Shown: positions 36,862-47,290 of the stretch, one piece after another
Layout: every line of letters begins with the position of its first letter
Numbering within the stretch: the first letter of the stretch is position 1
Assembly (NCBI GenBank): GCA_043228905.1
Contig: JBHGNT010000007.1
Location: forward strand, 12,834,001 to 12,898,000
Direction: 5' to 3'
Length of the DNA stretch: 64,000 nt
Source of the DNA: Azolla caroliniana
Taxonomy: Eukaryota > Plantae > Polypodiophyta
Notes under the pieces: model-generated
What the model saw: the letters and a program-made list of their open reading frames with translations, nothing else
Database searches by the model: none
Told to the model about the DNA's origin: nothing
Made by a program: the position numbers and the translations under genes

Positions 36862-36967
36862 GTGTATGCTTATTCTCTGTTTTAAGCTTCCAATAAACGT
36901 TCTTCTCTTTACAGTTACTATCCGGCAGAGCCGGTTTGGCATAAGCTTCCGCACGCTAACTTTCACA
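36537..36967 (+). repeat. Shared LTR: 3' LTR of E and 5' LTR of a second tandem unit
   Basis: Preceded by a PPT and followed by a degenerate PBS TGGTACCATAGC and a new gag. Confidence 0.88.
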
Positions 36968-37063
36968 TGGTACCATAGCGCGAGGGTTGAGAACCTCTGC
37001 AGCTGATGAGTGACTAGTGAAGACAAACCCTAACACTAGGTGAAGAACAGAAGAGAACCTAAG

Positions 37064-37480
37064 ATGGACAGAGGAATGGCAAGTTCACTTCTGACGAAAA
37101 AGCTCGACCAGAGCAACTATGCATCCTGGTCATATAAAATGCACCAATACCTATTGGGGCATGTATATTGGAGCTATGTGGAAGAAACCAACGAGGTAGC
37201 ACCGGAACCGGCACACAAAGACTTCCTCATGTCCGGTGTGCATGATTGGATGCTCAGCTACATCAAGGATGCAAAAACGCCAACAGAGGCCTGGGGAAAT
37301 CTTCCGAAGATTTTCCCAACAAGTACCATAACCCGTAAGTTGCAGCTCTGATAGGAGTTGAACAAAATCCGGCAAAGAGATATGCAGGTTACGAACTACA
37401 CCACTAAGATAAAGGAGATTTGTGACGCGCTCAGGTCCATCAATGTGATGGTGGACGAAGATGAGATTGTCTAGATCTGT
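37064..37480 (+). pseudogene. Copia gag of the tandem unit, truncated at a PLE-derived insertion
   Basis: MDRGMASSLLTKKLDQSNYASWSYKMHQYLLGH. Confidence 0.88.
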
Positions 37481-38281
37481 TCATGTGTTTTTGTTGATCT
37501 TCCAGCCGGTACAAGGAGTGCGAAACAGTGAAATCATTGATGGGTTGTAGATAAGTCGAGAGGGAGAAGAGACCACCAAAATTGATTTGAGCTCACCCGA
37601 ATTGTAGACAAAACTTGGTGTAGGCGAGGATTAGACGAGATAAAGGGAAGGGAGAGGGAGATGAGGGATCAAAACACTAATAATAAAACTCTAATTAAGA
37701 ATAAAACACTAAATAAGATTAAAACATACCCATATGCTTGAGAGAGAGATAGAGGGATTGAACAAAACTAATATTCATTAAGATAGGGTTTACAATGAGA
37801 TTAGGGGAAATGGGAAGGGCCACGAGCAAACTAGTTTCGCCCCCTATGGGGCTCAGCAGTGGTAAGTGGTCTTTGGGGTATGATGGTGTTTATATAGGGA
37901 GGTTTAGGAGAGGCATTAGAAAAATGAGAATAAGGAGTGTTGAGTGGAGGTGTGTTGAGTGGAGGTGTGCTAATGGGTATGATTGAAAAGGGGAAGGAAA
38001 GAAGAGAACGCTATATAATATAATGAGGGGGAGAGGATTTAATGTCAAGGGGTAATAGTGGGTGTTTAAAAAAATCTAAGGGGATGAAAAGGTAACAATA
38101 AAGGCAAAAATGGGAAACAAAAGGGGAGAGTAAGGGAGGTATAGAACTAGAGAGAGGGGAACTTAAAAAAAATGAAGAGGGGAAAAGAAGAAAGGGAGAG
38201 AGAGAGGGAGAGAGGGAGAGAGAGGAGTGATTGGTTATAGGGAAGAGAGTGGAGAGAGGGGAACTTAGAAAAAAGGAAGAA

Positions 38282-38328
<47 letters not shown>

Positions 38329-38788
38329 TGATTAGTCATAGGGAAGAGAGTGGAGAGAGGGGAACTTAGAAAAAAGGAAGAGGGGTAAAAGAAGAAAGGG
38401 AGAGAGGGAGAGAGAGAGGGGTAGGGAAAAGAGAAAAGGGAGGGATATGAATGAATATAAGAGAAAGTAAGAGACGATTAAAAGGAAACAAGGATTGGAA
38501 AAACCATTAGAGGGGGGCGAGAAATACTAAAGTAGACATTAAAATTAAATTGAAGGGGCTAAAAATAAAAAGGCTAGAAAGTAAAAAATCTCAAGGAAAC
38601 AAATGGAGAAGGTTAGGGAAAAGAGAAAAGGGAGGGGTACGAATGAACACAAGAGAAAGTAAGAGAAGATTAAATGAAAAATCAAAATAACATAAAGTAA
38701 ATTGCAAAAGGTGGGATTGGAAATAGGAGAGGGTGGGGCAAGGGTAGAGTTGAAATTAGGAGGAAGTGTGGAGATGTAAGCTCGTGAC
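37481..38788 (-). mobile_element. Non-coding Penelope-like derivative carrying a hammerhead ribozyme
   Basis: 37481-37718 is homologous to 54183-54420; pyrimidine-rich sense strand like the PLE UTRs; hammerhead at 37818-37871; no RT remnants. Confidence 0.65.
37818..37871 (-). ncRNA. Minimal type I hammerhead ribozyme (core variant CUGCUGA)
   Basis: Minus strand CCAC-UUAC-CA CUGCUGA GCCCC-AUAG-GGGGC GAAAC-UA-GUU UG-CUC-GUGG. Confidence 0.75.
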
Positions 38789-38789
38789 A

Positions 38790-39661
38790 AACACCATGTT
38801 ATGCAATAGAGAGTAGGGTTGAAGATACAACATTTCTAAAATGAATACAAAGTCCCAATTACCAAGTGTAGTCCCGGGTATATGAACTAAAAGAGAGATA
38901 AAGAGATAAAATGGAATGCATGGCTACTAAATGTAGTCTCATGCTTACAATAGTGTTGAGTGCTTGTGATGCAAGAGGATGGGCAAAAACCGATGATGTT
39001 GCAAACGCCACGTAACTCCTAGTGGGGGCACTCAACATGAACGAAGGCTCGACGAATGACGATGCGACCTCGATGTGGATGCCTATCCCCGATATGTACA
39101 CACACCAGGTAGAGGGAACACCTGGAGGTAGAGGGAACACGACCAACGGATCAAAGATCAATGCAAAGGGGACACGGTGAGCAGAGAACACCTGAGACAG
39201 AGAACACTTGAGAGAGAGAACGTGGTCGACAAAGAAGACCTAGAGGATCCAGATGGGTCTCGACAAGGAGAGTTTGCAGAGAATGTCCGAGAGAGAGAAT
39301 GCGGCCAACAAAGGAAAGGTCGATGCAACGAGGACACAATAGAACACCTGAGAGAGATGACGCAACAAGGACACAGTTGAACACCTAAGGTCGATGCAAC
39401 GAGGACACGGTACAACACCTGAGGTCGATGCAACGAGGACACAGTAGAAGACCTGAGCGTATTGTTGTTGCAGAGAGGACAAGATGAGCAGGGAATGCTT
39501 GGAGTTTGCAATGTGAGCAGAGAACGTGGAGAAACTTGTGCAGAAGTTGGAAGAGAGAGAGAGAGAGAGAGAGAGGTACGAACCTAGGGACTTAACGAGT
39601 AGAAGAGGGAAGGAAAGAGTGAGAGAGAGAGGAGGTACGAACCTAGATAATCATCAAGTGT

Positions 39662-39702
<41 letters not shown>

Positions 39703-39844
39703 CCAATTGACAGTTCGAGATAAACCTTTGAGTCAAGAGAGAAAAATAGACAGAGAGACAGAGAGAGTGGGAGAGTGACAGACAGACAATCTTCATGATT
39801 GATTTGACTACTCAACTTCTTATACATTTAAGACCTCCTTACAA
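38790..39844 (-). repeat. Second copy of repeat X
   Basis: 39100-39844 is collinear with 16670-17335. Confidence 0.75.
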
Positions 39845-40990
39845 CCATTTCATCCTCATCCACCGGCATATTGATGTATCCCAAGGCGTCACATATTTCC
39901 TTGATTTTGGTGGTGTAGTGATCATTGTCATATCCCTTTCTCGGATATTGTTGAGCTCTTGACGGAGCTGTGTTGAGCAAGCAAGCTCAATTGGATCCAG
40001 ATCGGCTGAATAAGCTAGAGTTGGTTCGGTATCCGGATCGGGGACTGGAGATCCGGATACTGATCCGGTGTTCGGATGATATCCGGAGCCGGATCGGATT
40101 GAAACCGGTAGGCCGTTAGAGGCCTACGGATCCAACCTAGTGATAGTGATAGTGATAGTCGCTCATGTGAGCATTGAATAAAAGTGCTCTCTGAGCACAT
40201 TCTATGTACAGAATATTGAGAGTATTATTTTGAATAGAGTTTTATGTTCTGCTCTCTCTCTCTCTCTCTTGTTTATGCTTATTCTCTATGTTAAGCTTCC
40301 ATTAAACCTTCTTCTCTTTACTGTTACTATCCAACAGAGCCAGTTTGGCATAAGCTTATGCACGCTAACTTTCACAGGTTGCAACTTCTAGGGCCATTGT
40401 ACTCGTGACAAAAATCTTCTTCAGATTTTCGTAGGCCTCTTTCAGCGTCATTGCATCTTGACATCTAATCGTGCACATAGGATCAAGGCAGTACAAGACT
40501 CGTCGCTTGCTACCACGCCGAAAAATCCTTGTGTGCCGGCTCTGGTGCTACTTTGTTTTCTCCATGGATGTAACTCCAGTAGCCATGCCCGAGTAGGTAT
40601 TGGTGCATCTTGTACTCCCAAGATTCATAGTTGCTTATGTCCAAGTTCTCTATTGGAAGAGCACCACCCATTCCTTTGCCCATTTTCTTCTTGTCGGTTC
40701 TCGACCGGTGCTTAGGGTTCATCTGTGTTTGAAACGCTTGTCGGCAGCAAAGGATTCTCAACCCTCGCGCTCTAATACAATGTAAAGATTAACGTGTGGA
40801 AGCTAAATAGAACTCAACCGGCTCAGCTAGATAACAATAGAAAAACACAGAGAAACAATGGATGAACACACAAAACACTTAAGAGAGAGAGAGAGAGAGA
40901 GCAAAAGACTAAAAATCTCAATTGAAAATAATACGTTCTCTGTACATACAAGTGTGCTTAGAGAGCACTTTTATACAAGTCCTGAAGAAC
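39845..40990 (-). mobile_element. Minus-strand copia 5' end (partial LTR 40781-~40990, degenerate iMet PBS 40769-40780, gag), interrupted by a solo LTR
   Basis: Minus-strand gag MGKGMGGALPIENLDISNYESWEYKMHQYLLGHGYW; PBS TTGTATTAGAGC. Confidence 0.8.
39971..40376 (+). repeat. Solo LTR of the copia E family
   Basis: TGTTGAG...TTCACA; degenerate TSD AGCTG/GGTTG; host gag continues on both sides. Confidence 0.85.
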
Positions 40991-41002
40991 AGGTAAAAAC
41001 CG

Positions 41003-42015
41003 ATGGATAAAGGAATGGCTAGCTCGCTTCCGACGGAGAAGCTCGACAGAAACAACTACGCATCTTGGTCCTACAAGATGCACCAATACCTACTCGGGCA
41101 CGGTTACTGGAGCTATGTCGACGGAGCAAATGACATAGCACCCAAATCGACACACAGAGATTTCTCGATTTGGGAACAGTCGGCGAGTAGAGTATTGTAC
41201 TGCTTCGCGTCTTGTGTGGGCGAACAGCTCCTAAGCTACATTCAGGATGCAAAAATGCCAAAAGATGGTTGGGGAAATCTGAAGAAGATTTTCGCCGCAA
41301 AGATTACAGCTAGAAACTTCAACTCCGACAGGAGCTGAGCAACCTACGACAACACGACTTGTCGGTGGCAGACTACACCTCCAAAATCAAGGACATTTGC
41401 GACTCTCTGGCCTCCATCGATGTGAATATCGAAGAAGCCGATATGGTGCAAATCTGTCTCGGAGGTTTGGCGTCAAAGTTCGGAGCGTTCCGAACTGTTG
41501 TGTGTACACGGGAGAATACGCCGTCATTTTTTGACTTACAGTAGATACTCCTTGTAGAGGAGAACCATGTCGGTGCGTCAACAAGTGCACTCACTGACAG
41601 CCAAATGTTGTACACGGAGGCGGATTGGCCCCGTGGGCGTGGTGGACGAGGCAGGTCGGCTCGCAATGATAGCGGCCGGCAAGAGCATGAACAAAGGCAC
41701 AAAGAAAGTGCCAATATCAATTCCAGACCATCCACAAGGAGGGGGAGTCAAGGCGGCGGCGGAGGCCGGCAAGCAAAGGTTGACACGGAATGCTAGTACT
41801 GTGGTAAAAAGGGCCACAAAGAAAACGAGTGCTGGAAGAAGCGCGTCGATTCGGACAGATCCAGATCCGGCAAGGCTAGTAGAGAGAACCGGCAATACTC
41901 ACACTACACAGAAGGATCGAGAGGATCCAAAACCAAAAAAGCCGGTAAAGGGCCAGCCTTGGTGATGAAACACGAGGCTAACTCTATGAAGAAGACCACT
42001 TCCGAATCAAAGGAG
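41003..42015 (+). pseudogene. Ty1/copia gag fragment without LTR
   Basis: MDKGMASSLPTEKLDRNNYASWSYKMHQY; Zn knuckle YCGKKGHKENEC. Confidence 0.88.
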
Positions 42016-42529
42016 GCGATTTGGAGACCCTGATATAGCCCTCAAATCCCTTTTCCAGGAGCCATCGGCGGAGGGCTGCAGAGATAACAATCGTCATTGG
42101 AAGTGAAGAGGGTTCGTGGGGGTTGGGCGATGTCTGTGGATTTGGGAAGGCTCAAGCTCTGTGATCAGAGGAAGAGCGAGGGGAGTAGGAAGAGCGATGA
42201 GAGCGCGGAGATTGAGCAGAGTGAGGGGAGTGGGAAGAGCGATGAGAGTGAGAAGAGGTACAGGTTGAGGGTTGTTTTCTGTAATGTGTAGAAAACCTTC
42301 TATTTTCTTCTTTTTGTGCCCTAGGGTTCATTGGTTTATGAGCCATCGTGGTGCCGCGTGTTCTTGCTCTAGAAGTTTGTACATGCATTGAGTCCTTTTA
42401 ATAGCGTCGCTATCTTCTCTTCTTCTTCTTCTTTTTCTTTTCTTTTCTTTTTCTTTTTGTAACGATTAAGTACAATAGTACTTTTACACTATAGTACAAG
42501 TAGGTCTCTATAATTACTCCGTGGATTCT

Positions 42530-45500
42530 CCGGCTTTGTCTTGTTCGGCGAGGAACGGGTTAGGTGGCGTAGGCCCCATGTAGGGTTTTAAGTGAAACCC
42601 ATTCACCTTTTGTCATAGCATTTCTCCGGCCAAGGTGCCAAGTTGAAACGTGTTGTTTTCCGCTCCAACTATCTAGTATGGGCCTATCCATCAGAATCTT
42701 AATTTTACTGGCATTTGCCCCATTCATGTTTGAAAAACTAACACCGCTTTCCCAACCGTAAAATACTTTTCATGCACATGCCGATGTCGGTCCATGAATG
42801 CTTTGCGTCACCGCTGAATTTGTTCCAATATGGCCATACTGTGTAACCGTGTTTCGCCTAGTTCTAACAGTTGTTGTAGCCACATTTGTTCAGATTTGTC
42901 CTCTAACAGCTGGTCTCGTACTTGAATCCGCAGACTGGGTACCTGGAATTTGACTGGCATTACGGCCTCCAGCCCAAATGCTAGCCTGAAAGGCGTGGAT
43001 TGTATGCTGGTCTTATAGCTAGTTCAGTATGCCCATAACGCGTTGTGCAATTTGGTATCCCAATCTGTTCTATTCTCATTGACTATCTTTTTGAGGATAG
43101 TTTGTAATGTTTTGTTCGTGGATTTGGCCAAGCCATTTGCCTATGGGTAATACGGCGTACTCTTTTTGTGGACCACGGTGTAGTGTTGGGTTAGTTCGTT
43201 GATGACTGTATTTAGAAAGTGACTCCCTTGGTCACTGATGAGCTCAATAGGGCAGCCAAAACGACACCAGATATGTTCGTAAAGAAATTTTGCCGTGACT
43301 GCCGCGGTATTTTCGCGTAGTGCTTTCGCTTCTACCCACTTGGTGCAGTAATCCGTAGCCACCAAGATATACTTATTGCCGGTTCAGACAACCGCCGGTG
43401 TAAACGGCCCCACAAAATCGAGCCCCCACTTTTGGAAAGGATCCAACGGCAATACCGGTTGATGTGGCATTCTCGCGACTTCCGTGGGTTGGCCCATCCG
43501 TTGACATAAATTGCACTGTTTGCAATATTCATACGCATCCTTTTGCATAGTCGGCCACCAAAGTCCTACTTGCCAGATTTTCTGGGCCGTAACATCGCCT
43601 GCGTAATGTGCTACCGCCATACCACAATGAGCTTTGCATAAAACCGTTGCCTTCTCATCCTGCCGTATTCCGCACCTCCAGATGTCGTCACTGCCTTTGT
43701 GATATAGAACGTCTTTGACTAAACAGAAATTATGACTCTAGACGGCCAGCCGTTTTTTCTCATCCGTCCTTAATTGTGGTGGAGGTAACCCCGTGGTCAA
43801 AAAGTAGGTCATTTCCATCCACCACCGATCCGGAAAAGTCTTTTCTATTCTTGTTGCTAAAGTTGCTACTCGCAGAATGTCCGCATCCGGAAAGTCGTCA
43901 TCATCCTTTTGCGCCATTTCTCCATTATCTAATCTGCTCAAGAAATCCGCCACCGCGTGTTGCGCACTCAGTCGGTGTTGAATTACAAAGTCGAATTCTT
44001 GGAGCAACAACATCCATCTAGCCAATTTTCTTGTCAGTACATGTTTCTCCACCAGATATAACAATGTCGTATGATCCACGTGAAACGTGAATTTTCGCCC
44101 TAGCAGATAATGCCGGAATTTATTGATGTTGTATATCATACCCAACACTTCACGTTCCGTTGTGGAATAGTTACACTCAACCGTTGATAGTTTCTAACTG
44201 GCATAGTACACTGGTTAGTACCAATTCGGCTCCGTGAGCTACATCAGCACACTACCTATTGCTATATCCGAGGCATCCACAAAAACGTGAAATGGTTTCG
44301 CCCAATCTGGTGGTTGTACAACCAATGCCTGCGTTAGCATTGTTTTTAGCGCATCTTACGCCTTTTCTTCCGTTGCTATCCATTTGAAAGGAGTACGGTG
44401 GACAGCGGCATGCAATGGTGTGGCGAAATCCGCTAAATAGCGTATCATCCAACTGTGCCATCGTATTTGTCCCAGAAACCGATTGAGTGCTTTGGCATTT
44501 GTCGCCGTCTTTGCGTGAGTAATCGCGGAGATTTTGTTTGGATCTACCGCTATCCCCTCCTTACTAACTATGTGGCTGAGGAGGGCTCCACTAGTGACGC
44601 CGAAGGCGCATTTGGCGGGATTCAGGCTTAAGCGTGAAGTTCGGCAACACTCTAGGCAAAGCTGTAGATGCATAAAATGTTCGGCTATTATCCCATACAC
44701 CGCAAAATTGTCTAAAAAGACCTGCATGAAGGCGGGTATATATTCCCCAAAAATCTCCGTGATTGTCCACTGAAATGTAGTCGGCGTCGTCTTTAGCTCG
44801 AACATCCCAATCCGTGACAAACGTCGTTTTCTCTTGGTCGTTGGGATGCATGCGTACTTGATTGTACCCATTGAAGCCATCTAGAAAGTTGTACATGTCA
44901 TGCCCTGCGACTGCATCCAGTACGTTGTCGGTAAAAGGTAAAGGGAACACATATGTATTGGTTTCGAATAGTGGAATGATTTGGGGGTGCTCGTCCAGGT
45001 ATGCTTCCAACTCTGTATCCTCCACCCCATCCAGCATATTTATATCTTCCGCATATAATGGTGTTATCCCCTTGGGTTGTGTCGTCATTTCCTCTATGGG
45101 TACGCGAACCTCGGTGCGTCCTCGGCGAAAACTAATGCACTTATGTTGCCAGCTTTGTTTGATATTCGCCGAACAAAGCCAAGGTTTGCCAAGCAGCATT
45201 GGATACGCTCCCGGAGCATTGACGGTGAGGATTACCGCCGAGATGTCAAAACAATGTTCGCCAATAATGATGCCTAATTTTCGGATTAAGCCTAAAGGCC
45301 AAATTGAGTTGGTATCTGCCATGCGAAGCCAAAACGAGCAAGTTTCCCATTCTGAAATTCCCAATTGTTCTCATGTCTTCGCGTTAATTACATTGACGCC
45401 AGAGCCCCCGTCAATTACGCATCCTGTGATTTCCTGACCGCGTAATACCAACTTAATAGCTGGATTGTGGTGATCCACCATCGTTGGTCCATTGCTGGTG

Positions 45501-46737
45501 TCCGTAAAATTGGCGGAGATGCTGACCCCAAGTTTGCACATTATGTGATCCTCTACAGCTTGACGGAACCATGGAACTAATTGAAGTAGTTTCTCCATGA
45601 TCAGTGTTATTTCACAGCCTGCCAGTGCCTGCCATATGGGATCCGGGGATATTATGTCTTCCTCCAATGGCCCCACATTGTTTGTGGACTCCTGCCGCAT
45701 GCGCTCCATATTGGCCGCATTCACTTTTTCGACCCATGCTTGGGCCATCTTACGTACCTCATCTTGGGCGGCCCAATCAACATTTTTTGTTTGTTGCCTT
45801 GTCGTAACTTGATGAACTTCCGCCATAATTGTATTGACGGCGGGGCCCTTGCCCTTACATAGTGGACATTGAGTGGCATAATGTTCGGGTTGTTGGCAAA
45901 CGAAACAATGGATGTTGGATTCGCCTTTCTCGACAGTCGATGGCGTGTTCCTTTCCCCAGGTGTGGCTTGCTCCTCCTGGTCTTGGTTTATTCTTCTGAA
46001 ATTCCGTGGTGGTTGTTGTTGGTACCAGCGCAACTCCTGGTGTCAGTCATCTTCCGAACTTTCGTCGTAACATCGTTGGTCCCTATACTATCGATGTTTC
46101 CCGCGAGGCCCATTGAAGCCACCACATTTGTTTGCTGAACAGTAGTTTTCGTAATGGCGCCCGCCTTTATTATATCTGCGGTTGCCCCAGTAGTCTTCGT
46201 CCTCCGGCTCTTCTTCCTCAGAATCGTTGTTATTCCGGTGATTCCGGTAGTGCCGGTCATCGCGTGGATTCCGATCCGTATATCGGGGTCGTTCTTCTTG
46301 GCGCCTTTGATCATTATGGCGAGATGGTCGTTGTGTTTCTACGCTTCGTACTGTGGGCGTGGGTTTGTTCAGCATATTGTACTCACACTACTCGACCGTG
46401 TGTGCTTTCAAGTGACAGATTGGGCAGTGGATTCGCATGTTGCATTCCACTACGGAATGCCTAGAATTGAGGCAAATCGTGCATTTGTTTGCCTGGCGAA
46501 AATGTCGTTCCTCATCCTAAGGTAACGCTTGTCGTAATGAGGACATGGAAAACCTTTCCTTTTCTTCATCCAGCTCGAGCTGTAACGATCGCTCTATGAC
46601 CATATCGGTTGTTTCTCTTCATACTATTTTTGTTGAGTGTCGTCCATATAGGTCGTCGTAAGGCTGCCATAAATGTCTCCCGAGCCTTGTCCTCTATCGG
46701 ACCCCATTCTAATTTCCGCCGCAGATTTTGGAAGCGT
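42530..46737 (-). pseudogene. Degenerate gypsy gag-pol of the A/C family, with a deletion before RT
   Basis: Minus-strand CFVCQQPEHYATQC, VIDGGSGVN, FLDGFNGYNQV, PFQKWGLDFVGP, LISDQG. Confidence 0.92.
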
Positions 46738-46860
46738 TGTCATGGCGATTTTCGGCTACGGTGTGAAACCAAGTGAGACGAATAATCCAAGGATGTGCAA
46801 CATTGCACACGCACGTAGCAAATAAGCCTAAGTCCTAGTGGCACTTGAGTTCATACAGAG

Positions 46861-46928
46861 GGGTGCAAGCAAGGTTTGAACCTTGCACCTCTAAGATACA
46901 AGATGTTTGCCTTACCACTAGGACAACT
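46861..46928 (-). promoter_or_regulatory. tRNA-like Pol III A/B-box unit 1 in the J LTR (copy at 48895-48962)
   Basis: Minus strand TGTCCTAGTGGTAAGG ... GGTTCAAACC. Confidence 0.65.
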
Positions 46929-47222
46929 ATCATATAATGTAGATTTTATGTATTTCCTTTTCATATACAAATTATAGATGAAACAACCATAGAAAACCAT
47001 GTGCACAAAACCATGGTTCTAAACCCATGGATTGTGCATGTCATAAGCATGTCCCCAAAACCACGGTTCTAATGAAGGATGGAATCGGCAAGGAGGAACT
47101 GGTAAGGAGACACGGTAAGAACCGGATCAAGTAGAACCGGCAAGAGCCGGATAAAGAAGGCCGGTGAGAGTCTCTCACCGGATGAAGAGACAAATTTGTA
47201 AATAGAAGAAAAGATTGTTACA

Positions 47223-47290
47223 TGCATAGGGCAGGATTCGAACCCTATACCTCAATGTTAACGATTTTTAAGCCTTACCACTATACTAGC
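47223..47290 (-). promoter_or_regulatory. tRNA-like Pol III A/B-box unit 2 in the J LTR
   Basis: Minus strand TAGTATAGTGGTAAG ... GGTTCGAATCC, followed by TTTT. Confidence 0.7.

Larger units (their letters stand above)
17772..36967 (+). mobile_element. Ty1/copia element E: LTRs 17772-18249 and 36537-36967; hosts element F and the palindromic insertion
   Basis: Homologous LTRs; PBS TGGTATCAGAGC (tRNA-iMet) at 18250; gag/PR/INT at 18346-20796; RT/RH at 33887-35930; PPT GAGGTTGAGGGGGAG before 36537. Confidence 0.88.

Noticed and set aside
38140-38420. (GA)n tracts and duplications as an independent feature
   Set aside because: Simple microsatellite expansions within a repeat; common throughout the window.
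47223-47290. Functional tRNA gene
   Set aside because: A and B boxes are present but there is no convincing acceptor or anticodon stem, and it lies inside an LTR.
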